From Candidatus Calditenuis fumarioli (lineage in GTDB: Archaea; Thermoproteota; Nitrososphaeria_A; Caldarchaeales; Calditenuaceae), in assembly GCA_030059665.1 (NCBI GenBank), contig JANVYR010000002.1, positions 160,001 to 224,000 on the forward strand: a DNA stretch of 64,000 nt, given 5' to 3'. Position 1 is the stretch's first letter; each line of letters begins with the position of its first letter. Made by a program: the position numbers and the translations under genes. The notes below the pieces were generated by a model that was given only the letters and a program-made list of their open reading frames with translations, made no database searches and was not told the DNA's origin. Below are positions 47,272 to 56,564 of this stretch, in pieces.

Positions 47272-48746
47272 ACAGGACGCGCTGTTTTCTGCTTCTGCTG
47301 TCGTTGCTTATTTTGCAGCATATTGTCTATTCAACTGCGAACGCTTTAGAAGAGTCCCCCAACAACGGCCATGGGGTCAACTACGATTACCTGATCGAGT
47401 TCGGCCGGGACTGTGTGGCCGAGGTCAGGGTCCTGGTGAGGACATGGGACAGCGAGGCCAGGGCATGGATGCTCCTCCCGAGGCTCGAGAAGGGTTTCTC
47501 CACCAACGCGTCGTTGACAAAGGTGGAGGGTGCTAACCTGGAAGGCAGGAGGCTGGCGCTTTACGTGAACGTTTCGTTCCACCTTCCTCGTGGGACTACG
47601 GCCGCATTCAACTACTCGTTACCCCACGTCTGTCTGGTCCACCGCGGAAAGGCCGTCTTCCTCTCGCCGTTGATGGTGTTCTCACCCGGAGGCAGCGGAA
47701 CGGTATCCGTTAACGTGAACTGGCCCGGGTCGTCCTTCGCAGGAGCCGATGCCGCGCTCTCATCTGTCAGGAGATCGGATGACGGGTTCGGCGTCACCAG
47801 GAGGCTGCCGCTGCTGTCGGGAAGGCTCTCGTTCGTCTTCTCGGTCCCAGAAGAGGAGCTGAGGGAATACGTGAACTGCTCCCTGACGTTCGTCCTGCCC
47901 GAGAGGTACAGCTGGATCGCCGAGAGGTTGATGGCGTTCAATTCGAAGGTGGACGGGAAGCTCGCGGAGCTTTTCCAGCGAAAACCCTCGAGGTTGACGG
48001 TTTCGTTCTTCCTGCCCGACAGATACGACGAGGGGCCAGAGGGGTTCGTAACTCCGCCGAACGGCGACAGCACAGGAAGGATCTCGCTCAACCTCTACCT
48101 GTTGAGGATGGTCGACGGCATGCTCGAGGTCACCTTCCTCCACGAGCTCATCCACCAGTACCTCTTCGCGAACGGCGTCGGGGCCGGCGCCACCTGGCTC
48201 CACGAGGGTCTAGCGACCTACCTCTCGGTGAGGCTGGCGATGGGTACGGGGCTGGAGGCACCCGCGTACGTCCGTGAGCTGTTCGACTGGGAAAACGCGA
48301 GCCTTCAGGAACTCCGAGGCCTTCTCGGCTGGAGGCCGGGTGAGGAGAGGGGCAGGAGGTGGTACGCGATGGCCTACAGGGCCGTGGAGCTGCTCTTCTC
48401 GGCCGACAGCGACGGGATGAGGAAGGCCGTTTCCTCGCTCGGGGACGCAACGGTGAGGACGCCGGAGGACGCCGCGGTGCACGTCTTCGATCACCTCAAC
48501 GCAGAGGGGAGGAGTTTAATGATTGAGATGGGGCTGGTGAGCGCACAGGATCTCGCTCAGGAGATCGGCTCCGAGCCCATGACACCACGTAACGAGACGC
48601 CCGGGAGCGCTGTGATGAACGGCACCGCGCAGACGGTTCAGGGCATCCCACAAACCGTTACGCACGAGCACCTCGTTCTCGTGTTAGCGACCGTCCTGAC
48701 CGTATCGGTGATAGCGCTGATCCTGATCGACGTCAGGCGGACTTAG
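47259..48746 (+). CDS. Membrane-anchored gluzincin (MA-type) metallopeptidase
   Basis: Signal peptide, HELIHQY followed by WLHEGLA, C-terminal TM. Confidence 0.75.
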   Translation: MLQMNRTRCFLLLLSLLILQHIVYSTANALEESPNNGHGVNYDYLIEFGRDCVAEVRVLVRTWDSEARAWMLLPRLEKGFSTNASLTKVEGANLEGRRLALYVNVSFHLPRGTTAAFNYSLPHVCLVHRGKAVFLSPLMVFSPGGSGTVSVNVNWPGSSFAGADAALSSVRRSDDGFGVTRRLPLLSGRLSFVFSVPEEELREYVNCSLTFVLPERYSWIAERLMAFNSKVDGKLAELFQRKPSRLTVSFFLPDRYDEGPEGFVTPPNGDSTGRISLNLYLLRMVDGMLEVTFLHELIHQYLFANGVGAGATWLHEGLATYLSVRLAMGTGLEAPAYVRELFDWENASLQELRGLLGWRPGEERGRRWYAMAYRAVELLFSADSDGMRKAVSSLGDATVRTPEDAAVHVFDHLNAEGRSLMIEMGLVSAQDLAQEIGSEPMTPRNETPGSAVMNGTAQTVQGIPQTVTHEHLVLVLATVLTVSVIALILIDVRRT

Positions 48747-49576
48747 CCCTGCTCCTCGATCTTCGTGGTGTCGTATCCGAGCTCCTTCAGCCTCGTCACG
48801 TACTCCGATCTCAGCCTCTCGTACACCTCCTTCTTGACGCGACCGTCCTTGTACGCCAGCTCGAGGCTCGAGAGGAAGTTAAGGTATCTCGTGACCATGA
48901 CGTTCCGGCCCTCATCGATGACCTCCTTGGAAACCGCCTCGCCGCCAACCCTCGCCTCAACCCCTGCGGTCCCCTCCTCGACCTCAGCAGCTCCTTCATG
49001 GGGCTCAGTCACGGGGACGTATGTGGCCCTCTCCCACGTCGCACGCACCTTCATGCGTAGGACCTGGAAGCCCTCGCTCGGCCGCGTGAGGATCAGCTTC
49101 AACGTGAACGGAGATATCCTGCCCGACCACATCAACAGGCCGAGGAGTACCAGTGACGTGGAACCGATCGCAGCGATCGGGTAGTAGCCGGGAAGGAAAA
49201 CATATGCCGCAGAGACGGCCGCGATCATCGCTGCCAGCGTCGCGATCGTCTTCCGGTCGAGCGTGAGGTTCACGATGCCCCTGCTTGCCAGAAAGGTCGT
49301 CACCAGCAGCGCGATCACCAGACCTGCGACCCCTGCGGCCACGAAGGAGATCGCCGTGAAGAACAACGCGAAGACCGTGTAGAAGATCAGAACGTCAGGT
49401 CCCTTAGCGAGCGAGACGAAGGCGGCCAGTATCGCCACCTCGATGACGATCAAGACCAGCCCCAGGACACCGCCGATCGTATAGGCAGCACCGACCGCGG
49501 TCAAGAGGAAGGAGACCATGGCTATGTCCGACCTCAGTGCGTTCTTGATCCTCGCTCCTCCCGTGATCTCCGCCAT
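48743..49576 (-). CDS. Multi-pass membrane protein with C-terminal SHOCT-like domain
   Basis: About six TM helices; tail LELAYKDGRVKKEVYERLRSEY. Confidence 0.7.
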   Translation of the reverse strand: MAEITGGARIKNALRSDIAMVSFLLTAVGAAYTIGGVLGLVLIVIEVAILAAFVSLAKGPDVLIFYTVFALFFTAISFVAAGVAGLVIALLVTTFLASRGIVNLTLDRKTIATLAAMIAAVSAAYVFLPGYYPIAAIGSTSLVLLGLLMWSGRISPFTLKLILTRPSEGFQVLRMKVRATWERATYVPVTEPHEGAAEVEEGTAGVEARVGGEAVSKEVIDEGRNVMVTRYLNFLSSLELAYKDGRVKKEVYERLRSEYVTRLKELGYDTTKIEEQG

Positions 49577-49738
49577 CGAATGCGAAAGAACTCGCCAAAA
49601 TAAAATTCTTTTTCTGAAAACAGTCCAAATCTGCCCATGCGGACAGCTCATCCCTCTCGTATGAGCGTCGAGGATCGAACCGTCCGTGGCGGGCGCAACA
49701 GGGGAACGTTTTTGAAGGGCTCAGGGGCATGAGGTTCG

Positions 49739-50425
49739 ATGGAGGGAGCGGTCAGAATAGCAGCGTCGGCCGTGATCGCCTTCATTGCGGCACTGGGGCT
49801 CGTCATCGCTTTCCCGGGGATCGTTCCCGGAACGATGAGGGTGACCACTGTTCAGGTTCCCGTGGTGGTAACGCAGACGCTCAGGGTGAACGTCACCCAT
49901 ACCGCCTTCCAGACCGTCCTGAAGGACACCGCAGGACCTGTGTGGGAGCTGGTCTTCGTCGAGTTGCCCCGCGAGCCACGAGAAGGCTCGATAACGGTGT
50001 ACAACGCGACGCTCGGCCTCGGACGCAGCGGTATAGCGGCGGCCATCGTGGTCAAGGCCCCTGACGGATACCAGTTCGCGCCGACGGTGAACGGGTTCGT
50101 GTTCAGGCTTGAGACCAACCTACCGGTAAAGGCTCTGGTGCTGTACTCCGACGTCTCGGTCCCCGTTGTGCCGGGGCTCGACAGGAGCAACTACAGGACG
50201 ATGCTCGCCGAGAAGGCCTTCTCGCCCACCGCGCTCCTGCCGTACCAGAACCCGAGGAGGGCCGACGCTTCACCGGGCGCCTTCACGCTCCAGCGCGAGC
50301 GGGGCAACTTCCAGCCGTATTCGTGGCTCGCGATCTGGCCGCTTTCGGTCTACTTCCACGGCATCGAGGGCCACGAGACGAAGGTGCGGGTCGTGCTGAC
50401 CTACAGCCTGGTGGAGGCGAGGTGA
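49739..50425 (+). CDS. Secreted/membrane-anchored hypothetical protein
   Basis: N-terminal hydrophobic helix and a beta-rich body; lies directly upstream of E1. Confidence 0.7.
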   Translation: MEGAVRIAASAVIAFIAALGLVIAFPGIVPGTMRVTTVQVPVVVTQTLRVNVTHTAFQTVLKDTAGPVWELVFVELPREPREGSITVYNATLGLGRSGIAAAIVVKAPDGYQFAPTVNGFVFRLETNLPVKALVLYSDVSVPVVPGLDRSNYRTMLAEKAFSPTALLPYQNPRRADASPGAFTLQRERGNFQPYSWLAIWPLSVYFHGIEGHETKVRVVLTYSLVEAR

Positions 50426-50426
50426 G

Positions 50427-51278
50427 GTGTCAATGTCATCCGGCACAGGTCTGAGGGGGCTCCCCGTCCTGCAGGTCTACAGGATGGACGACGACGTCTA
50501 CGAGAGGCAGCGTCGTATCTGGAACCAGGACAGAATAGGCGCGATGCGGGTCCTGGTGGGAGGTGCGGGCGCGCTCGGGAACGAGATCGTCAAGAACCTC
50601 GTTCAGATCGGGGTCAAGCGCGTTTACGTAATCGACTTCGACCGTGTGGTCGCGTCCAACCTTAACAGGTGCCTCTTCTTCCGGAGGAGCGATGCCCTCA
50701 GGAGGAGCAAAAAGGTGGAGGTGCTCGCGAGAAGGGCGAGTCAGATCAACAGCGACGTCGAGGTGGTCCCGATCCACGGCGACATCAGGGACCTGAGTGA
50801 CGACGTCATCAGGGACGTGGACATCGCGCTAGGTGCCTTCGACAACTTCCACGCAAGGCTGGTCCTGAACCTGCGGTGCTACGAGAGGCAGGTCCCCCTC
50901 ATCGACGGTGGCATCGAGGGACTGCTCGGGACGGTGCAGGTGGTGGTGCCTCCCTTCACGCCCTGCATCGAGTGCGGCATCACCGACATGGACCTCCAGC
51001 ACCTTTGGGAGAGGTTCTCGTGCGGCGGCGAGGCCACCGGGCTGGAGGGGCCGAAAATCCCGTACGTTCCGATGACGGGGGCGGTCGTCGCAGGCATTCA
51101 GGTCGCCGAGTGCGTCAAGGTCCACCTCGGGCTGGAGCGCTTCAAACGGGAGGGGAACTGGAGCGACAGCGTTGGCGAGCCCATGGCGGGCAAATCCCTG
51201 CTGATAGACCTCAGAACGGGTTCGTTCTACGCGTATGACCTCCAGCGGAGGAGCGACTGCAACGTCTGCTCTCTTTGA
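50427..51278 (+). CDS. ThiF/E1-like ubiquitin-activating enzyme (UBA3-like)
   Basis: YERQ, GAGALGNE, DFD.V..SNLNR, CIEC and C-terminal CNVC zinc motifs, and a candidate catalytic Cys in RFSC. Confidence 0.9.
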   Translation: MSMSSGTGLRGLPVLQVYRMDDDVYERQRRIWNQDRIGAMRVLVGGAGALGNEIVKNLVQIGVKRVYVIDFDRVVASNLNRCLFFRRSDALRRSKKVEVLARRASQINSDVEVVPIHGDIRDLSDDVIRDVDIALGAFDNFHARLVLNLRCYERQVPLIDGGIEGLLGTVQVVVPPFTPCIECGITDMDLQHLWERFSCGGEATGLEGPKIPYVPMTGAVVAGIQVAECVKVHLGLERFKREGNWSDSVGEPMAGKSLLIDLRTGSFYAYDLQRRSDCNVCSL

Positions 51279-51317
51279 ACGGAGTAAGGTTATATGATCC
51301 AGTAAGGCACCACAATC

Positions 51318-53576
51318 ATGGGAAGAGACCCGCAAAGCACGAGCGAGATCGTTGCACGGAGCGTTCCGATCTTCCTCCTCCTGGTCCTCCTATTGACGCA
51401 GTCGGCACAGGTTCTGGTGGCGCACGCTCAACAGGACTCGTCACCTCCCATCAGTTTGCCGCTCAGGGCACCGCTTCCGGTGAACGTGATCACCGTTGGA
51501 CTCAGGCCGGAGGTGCTGGGGCTGAGGACGATGGCGGAGCTTCAGCAGATACTCAGCACGCACGTCAGGTCAAAGGCCGCTTCCTACGTCGGCTTCAGCC
51601 TCGACGACCCGATCCTGATCGCCGAGTTCGACGTCCATCTCCAAGTTCTGGAGGCCCCCCAGCGGTTCGTGGCCGAGTTCGCCAACGATTTGTCCTTGGT
51701 CACATATGATCCGGCGAGGCTCCCGCTGGAGGCCAAGCAGGAGAACCAGAGGTACAGGGACTTCGTCAGGTCGGCTTACGGCGGCACCGTGGCTGGCAGC
51801 CTGACGTTCACCCTGACCGACATGGAGGCTGTCGTTCAGCTCATGGCCTACTACACCGAGAAGTACATACCCGCGGTCCTGAACGACTACAACGTCTACC
51901 TCCTCTGCGGTAACTCTTTCTTCGATGGAAAGGTCCCGGTGTACTTCACGGTGGGCTACACGCCAGAGAGGCAGGTGCCCAACGCGGTGGTGGGCCTCAA
52001 CCTGTACGGAGGCATGTGGACCGGCCGGCACGTGGTGATCGACGTCTGCGCGGTGCCTAACCCTTACGGCAACTTCGCGCCGAAGGGCCAGCAAGAGGTC
52101 CTCGAGTACCTGCCGGTATGGGTCTCCAACGACCCTGAATTCAGGATCGGGATGGTGGTGAAGTACGTGGACGAGGTCATCGACAACCTCTTCGTCAAGT
52201 CCCTGCTCTACCTGCCCCGGTATCAGGTGACCTACCTCTTCGACGTCGTGGTGATCGACCTGACCACCTCCGGTGGAGGGCCCTCCTTCTTGGTGAACAA
52301 CTTCTCCCCTGAGCTCTTCGAGTACGCCATGAGGCAGCTGGCGCCCTACAACTACTACACGAGCAGGTACAGCTACTACCACATAAGCGATGTGCCGCAG
52401 ATGAGGCAGGTCATCCGCTCCTCTAGGGGATACCAGGTAATAGACGTGGAAGCGGCGCTCGACACAGCCCAGCGTCTCGGGATAATCAAGGAGACCGTGA
52501 AGGGTGTCGCTTACACGCCGATACTGATCTTCGTCTCGGACTCGGACATTTTCCCTGATGCGCCAGGCGTGCTCGGCATAGCATGGGCTGACAGGGAGGA
52601 CCCCAGATATCCACGGGGGGTGGTGGTCGGGGCCGTGTTCAGCGCAATTCAGCGCGAGGGCCTCACGTTCACCGTCATCCACGAGGCAGGGCACACGCTT
52701 GGGCTGGCACACCCGTTCCAGGACCTCGACGAGTCGCAGATGGCCCCCGGCAGGTCCGGAAACCTCAGGCCGACGTTCGTGAACAGGTGGATCTACGCCT
52801 ACGTCGACTCCGCGATGACCTACGCTAATGTGCTTCAGGTCACCGATTACCGGGACCTCTTCACATACAAGTACCCGATGAGGACCTTCTTCAGCACCTT
52901 CGACCTGGACGCGCTGGACAGGACCACGATCTCCCTCCTGCTGTACTACTACCTGCTCTACAGACAGGAGGCTCTTGCGGAGCTCAACAAGCTCAACAGG
53001 CCGCTTGAGGCCTTCGAGAAGGGGAAGGAGCTTCTAAAGCTGGCTGACCAGGCCGCCGTCGATGCGGTCAGGCTATTCGAGCAGCATATGTACTTCGATC
53101 GGCTGGAGTTCGAGGGACTGGGATCGCAGCTGGTCTCCTCGTTCGATCACGCCTGGCTCGCATACGTCTCGGCTTACACCCTGTACAACCTGATCGTGGG
53201 CGTTCAGGACGCAGCGGCCTTTTACGAGCCCCAGATCGAGGAGCTGCAGCGCACGGTTGCGAATCTGAACGGCAGGATCAACGATCTGAGCTCCCAGCTC
53301 GAGGACTCGAGGAGGCAGACGGAGCAGCTGAGGACGGCGCTGGAATCGGAACGCCAGCAGAGGAATGCCATCCAGGCGGAGCTTGACCGGACGAAGGGCG
53401 AGCTGCAGCGGGCACAGCAGGATCTCGCGGCGAAGGAGAGGGAACTCTCCGACGCCAACGCCAGGGCAACGACCTACCTCTACGGCATGGTGGGGGTCGC
53501 CGTCGGCGCAGCGGTCGCGGTCGCGTCCGTGGTCGTCCTCAGCAGCAGGAGAAGGCCGAAACCGACGGTAGCCTGA
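51318..53576 (+). CDS. Secreted metzincin protease with coiled-coil stalk and C-terminal TM
   Basis: HEAGHTLGLAH, Met-turn SAMTY, signal peptide (AHA|Q), long heptad stalk and TM. Confidence 0.8.
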   Translation: MGRDPQSTSEIVARSVPIFLLLVLLLTQSAQVLVAHAQQDSSPPISLPLRAPLPVNVITVGLRPEVLGLRTMAELQQILSTHVRSKAASYVGFSLDDPILIAEFDVHLQVLEAPQRFVAEFANDLSLVTYDPARLPLEAKQENQRYRDFVRSAYGGTVAGSLTFTLTDMEAVVQLMAYYTEKYIPAVLNDYNVYLLCGNSFFDGKVPVYFTVGYTPERQVPNAVVGLNLYGGMWTGRHVVIDVCAVPNPYGNFAPKGQQEVLEYLPVWVSNDPEFRIGMVVKYVDEVIDNLFVKSLLYLPRYQVTYLFDVVVIDLTTSGGGPSFLVNNFSPELFEYAMRQLAPYNYYTSRYSYYHISDVPQMRQVIRSSRGYQVIDVEAALDTAQRLGIIKETVKGVAYTPILIFVSDSDIFPDAPGVLGIAWADREDPRYPRGVVVGAVFSAIQREGLTFTVIHEAGHTLGLAHPFQDLDESQMAPGRSGNLRPTFVNRWIYAYVDSAMTYANVLQVTDYRDLFTYKYPMRTFFSTFDLDALDRTTISLLLYYYLLYRQEALAELNKLNRPLEAFEKGKELLKLADQAAVDAVRLFEQHMYFDRLEFEGLGSQLVSSFDHAWLAYVSAYTLYNLIVGVQDAAAFYEPQIEELQRTVANLNGRINDLSSQLEDSRRQTEQLRTALESERQQRNAIQAELDRTKGELQRAQQDLAAKERELSDANARATTYLYGMVGVAVGAAVAVASVVVLSSRRRPKPTVA

Positions 53577-53685
53577 GAGCGATACTAACCTGCTTCTATT
53601 CTTTTTGCAGTGTTGGTCGGTGTTGCTGCGATCGGCCCGAATTTTTCGTATATGTTTAATTATTGGACAATTGAAATGAGTTCGC

Positions 53686-54105
53686 ATGGGGAAGGGAAGC
53701 AGAAGGAACGAAGGGCTGAGCGAGGCCGTGACGACGATTCTGCTCGTCGTGATCGGGATAGCGATGGCGTTGATGATATGGCAGTTCTTTACGCCGCGAC
53801 CCTCTGAGGAGCTCAGGATAGGGCCCATAGACGTCTCCGGCGGGACGGTCATCTTCACCGCCCAGAACGTGGGCAGCGTGGACGCCGAGATCGTCGGCGT
53901 GGCCTGCTATCCGCCGGGGAGCGCACCGCCTTCGACCGGGGGCGCAGTAACGCCGCTCGGCGGTGCGGACACAAAGCTGCAGCAGGGCGAGTCGAGCAGT
54001 TTCTCGGGCAGCTGTGCGGGTTCCGAGCCTGGCAAACCGATCAACGTGCTGGTCTTCACGAAGAACAAGGCCTACGGACCGTTCACGGTCATAGTCAGGA
54101 GCTGA
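53686..54105 (+). CDS. Archaeal type IV pilin, likely the major pilin
   Basis: SRRNEG|LSEAVTTILLVVIGIAMALMIW canonical class III peptide; AT-rich promoter-like region at ~53640-53680. Confidence 0.85.
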   Translation: MGKGSRRNEGLSEAVTTILLVVIGIAMALMIWQFFTPRPSEELRIGPIDVSGGTVIFTAQNVGSVDAEIVGVACYPPGSAPPSTGGAVTPLGGADTKLQQGESSSFSGSCAGSEPGKPINVLVFTKNKAYGPFTVIVRS

Positions 54106-54116
54106 GAGCCGACTCG

Positions 54117-54140
54117 CGGTCCATATTTCGGTCCATATTT
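54117..54140. repeat. 12-bp tandem direct repeat
   Basis: CGGTCCATATTT x2 just after the pilin stop. Confidence 0.7.
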
Positions 54141-54464
54141 TGCTCCTCCATTTTCAACGTGATATGGTTCTCCAGGGCGCACGTCACCCGCCGTTTGGGA
54201 GGAGGTCAGTTGGCGACTGAAGCACCTCCGTGTAGGTTCGCGATGCGACGGGACGGATGGTGTTTGATGTCAAGCCCTGACTGTTAGGCAGTCGAGACGC
54301 AGGCTGGTTCACGGAGCGTCTGAAGGCCGGATTCATGCCCAGGAACTTCGTGTAGACGCTGGCGGTGCGTTGCCGGCCGTTTTCGTGGCGTCGCGGAGAC
54401 CTCTCGACCGCACTTCGCGCCCCTTGAGCAGCCCTCCGGAGGACCAGAACTGGTGTAAAGGCTC

Positions 54465-55490
54465 GTGAAGGCGTTCCGGCGAAAAGTGATGGAACCTAGT
54501 AACTGGATCATTTTGATATATCAGATGGTATTTTGCTACCACGTGCCAATCCGTCCGGTCGCGTTCGTGCTGAGGGCTGTGGAGACGCGAGAGGGCGCGG
54601 GAGTGAAGGTCAGGAGGGCCTTCGGCGACCCGCTGGTGGCGCACGAGACCGACCCGTTCCTCCTCCTGGACGACTTCGGCTCGAGGTACCCGCACGAGTA
54701 CCTCGCAGGGTTCCCCTGGCACCCCCACCGTGGCTTCGAGACCGTCACGTACGTCATCAAGGGCGAGGTTCACCACGAGGACAGCACCGGGATCAGGGGC
54801 GTCCTCAACAGCGGCGACGTCCAGTGGATGACCGCCGGAAGCGGGATCTTCCACTCCGAGATGCCCAAACCAGCGAGGAGGGTGGTAGGCGACCGCGTCG
54901 AGAAGGACCCGGAGCACAGGGGAATCCAGCTCTGGATCAACCTGCCGCCGAGGCTTAAGATGGTCAGGCCGCACTACCGGAACCTCCGCGGAGGCAACGT
55001 CCCCTCGGGTACCACGGACGACGGCATCGAGGTCAGGGTCATCGCGGGTCGCGTCAGCGGTCTGCCCGGAACCGGAACCATCGAGGGCCCGGTCGCGAAC
55101 GTCTCGATCGAGGCTCAGGACGTCAGCTACCTCGAGCTCCTGATGCCGCCTGAGAGCAGGTTCGAGTATCCCGTGAGGGAGGGCTACACCGCCATAGCTT
55201 ACGTGCTGGAGGGCGAGGTGCTGGTTCCGGAGTCTCCGGAGAAGTCGGTGAGGGTTCGGGAGAGGAGCGCCGTCCTCTTCGAGCGTGAGGGCGACAGGGT
55301 GGTCGTCACGGCAGGGGAATCTCCGGCGAGGCTGATCCTGCTGTCGGGCAGGCCCATCGGCGAGCCCATCGCCTGGTATGGCCCCATAGTGATGAACACG
55401 AGGGAGGAGCTGATCCAAGCCTTCAGGGAGCTGCGGGAAGGGACCTTCGTGAAGCACAAAGCCACCGAGGTCGACGACCTGAACCCGTGA
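54465..55490 (+). CDS. Pirin-family protein
   Basis: DPFLLLD, HPHRGFETVTY, QWMTAGSGIFHSE and QLWINLP. The true start is probably ~54525-54545. Confidence 0.92.
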   Translation: MKAFRRKVMEPSNWIILIYQMVFCYHVPIRPVAFVLRAVETREGAGVKVRRAFGDPLVAHETDPFLLLDDFGSRYPHEYLAGFPWHPHRGFETVTYVIKGEVHHEDSTGIRGVLNSGDVQWMTAGSGIFHSEMPKPARRVVGDRVEKDPEHRGIQLWINLPPRLKMVRPHYRNLRGGNVPSGTTDDGIEVRVIAGRVSGLPGTGTIEGPVANVSIEAQDVSYLELLMPPESRFEYPVREGYTAIAYVLEGEVLVPESPEKSVRVRERSAVLFEREGDRVVVTAGESPARLILLSGRPIGEPIAWYGPIVMNTREELIQAFRELREGTFVKHKATEVDDLNP

Positions 55491-55525
55491 ACCTTTTTCA
55501 TCGAGTTTCGTGACGGGTTTGTTCT

Positions 55526-55963
55526 GTGAGGGCCTTCGTGATCGCTGCTGCAATGGTCCTCGTCGTCGCAACGTTGCTCTTCCTCCTCGTCTTGAGTTGG
55601 AACCCTGACAGCGGAGACCGTGGACAAGGGGTTCTGCTCAAGCTGGACAAGACCGAGCTTCGGGGTGAGCGGACACTCACCTACACGCTCGTTAACGGTG
55701 CTGGTTCCGAGGGGGACGTCTGCTTCGGCGAGCCTTACGACGTCCAGATCCTGAAGGACGACTCGTGGGCCACGGCGGAGTGGATGAGGGACAGGGTATG
55801 GATTGCGATACTGTGGCGGCTGAAGCCAAACGAGTCCTTCAGTAGGCAGGTCCAGCTCCCGGACGACGTCAAGCCTGGGACATATCGGCTCGTGAAGGAG
55901 GTTCAGTTCTGCGATTCGGGACAGAGGCTCACGCTCACCGCCGAGTTCGTCGTGCTCGAATGA
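55526..55963 (+). CDS. Secreted Ig-like domain protein
   Basis: Signal peptide; FGEPY.., LKPNESF..V.L…PGTYRLVK. Confidence 0.6.
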   Translation: MRAFVIAAAMVLVVATLLFLLVLSWNPDSGDRGQGVLLKLDKTELRGERTLTYTLVNGAGSEGDVCFGEPYDVQILKDDSWATAEWMRDRVWIAILWRLKPNESFSRQVQLPDDVKPGTYRLVKEVQFCDSGQRLTLTAEFVVLE

Positions 55964-56112
55964 CTTTCACGGGCCCTGCAGGTCTTCCTCGTTTTGCAGC
56001 CTTCCTCGCAACAGGATTGATGTCTCCCTTACTGCTTCTTCTTCACGCTCAGGCCTCTGACATATGATGCAAACCAACCAACAATAAAACTGGAATATCC
56101 TTTCTTGGGAAC

Positions 56113-56289
56113 TCAGAAGTCCTCCTTGATGATGGTCTTCCTGCCGTTGGCCTGGCAACGCTTCACCGCCTTGTCGATCGCCTCCTTGACCAGCTCGTTC
56201 AGTCCCTCCAGCGCGTCGCTGCTGAGCCTGATTCCCTCCGGCAGCAGTTGCCTGACCTTGGACTCCACCACGAGCAGTTCCCTCGCCAA
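56113..56289 (-). CDS. Short histone-fold protein (Bd0055/face-to-face type), 58 aa
   Basis: MARELLVVESKVRQLLPEGIRLSSDALEGLNELVKEAIDKAVKRCQANGRKTIIKEDF; TTG start after GTGAG; RKT..D motif. Confidence 0.85.
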   Translation of the reverse strand: MARELLVVESKVRQLLPEGIRLSSDALEGLNELVKEAIDKAVKRCQANGRKTIIKEDF

Positions 56290-56402
56290 GGCTTCTCACG
56301 GATCGGTCCCAGGGGGCGCTATTTTGGCTTATTGAGCCAGGAGAGCACGGATCTCCCGAGTAATACCGGAAAATTGCTGGGAATGAGAAAAAGGGGTAGG
56401 GG

Positions 56403-56564
56403 TTACGGGACGGGCCTCAATACCTTCTCCAGCAGCTCCCTGTCCTCGAGGACTGCCCTCAGCAACCTGTCTGCGAGGTCGCGCATGGTCAGGTTCCGCT
56501 CGAGCGCCTCCCTCTTCAGCATCGCGTAAGTGGACCTCCTCACGTAAACGATCTCCCAGAACTC
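56403..56564 (-). pseudogene. RHH-like DNA-binding protein fragment or small gene
   Basis: EFWEIVYVRRSTYAMLKREALERNLTMRDLADRLLRAVLED; no clear start before the beta strand. Confidence 0.45.

Noticed and set aside
55967-56299. 110-aa minus-strand ORF
   Set aside because: It is an out-of-frame shadow of the histone gene, and its tail has no recognisable pattern.
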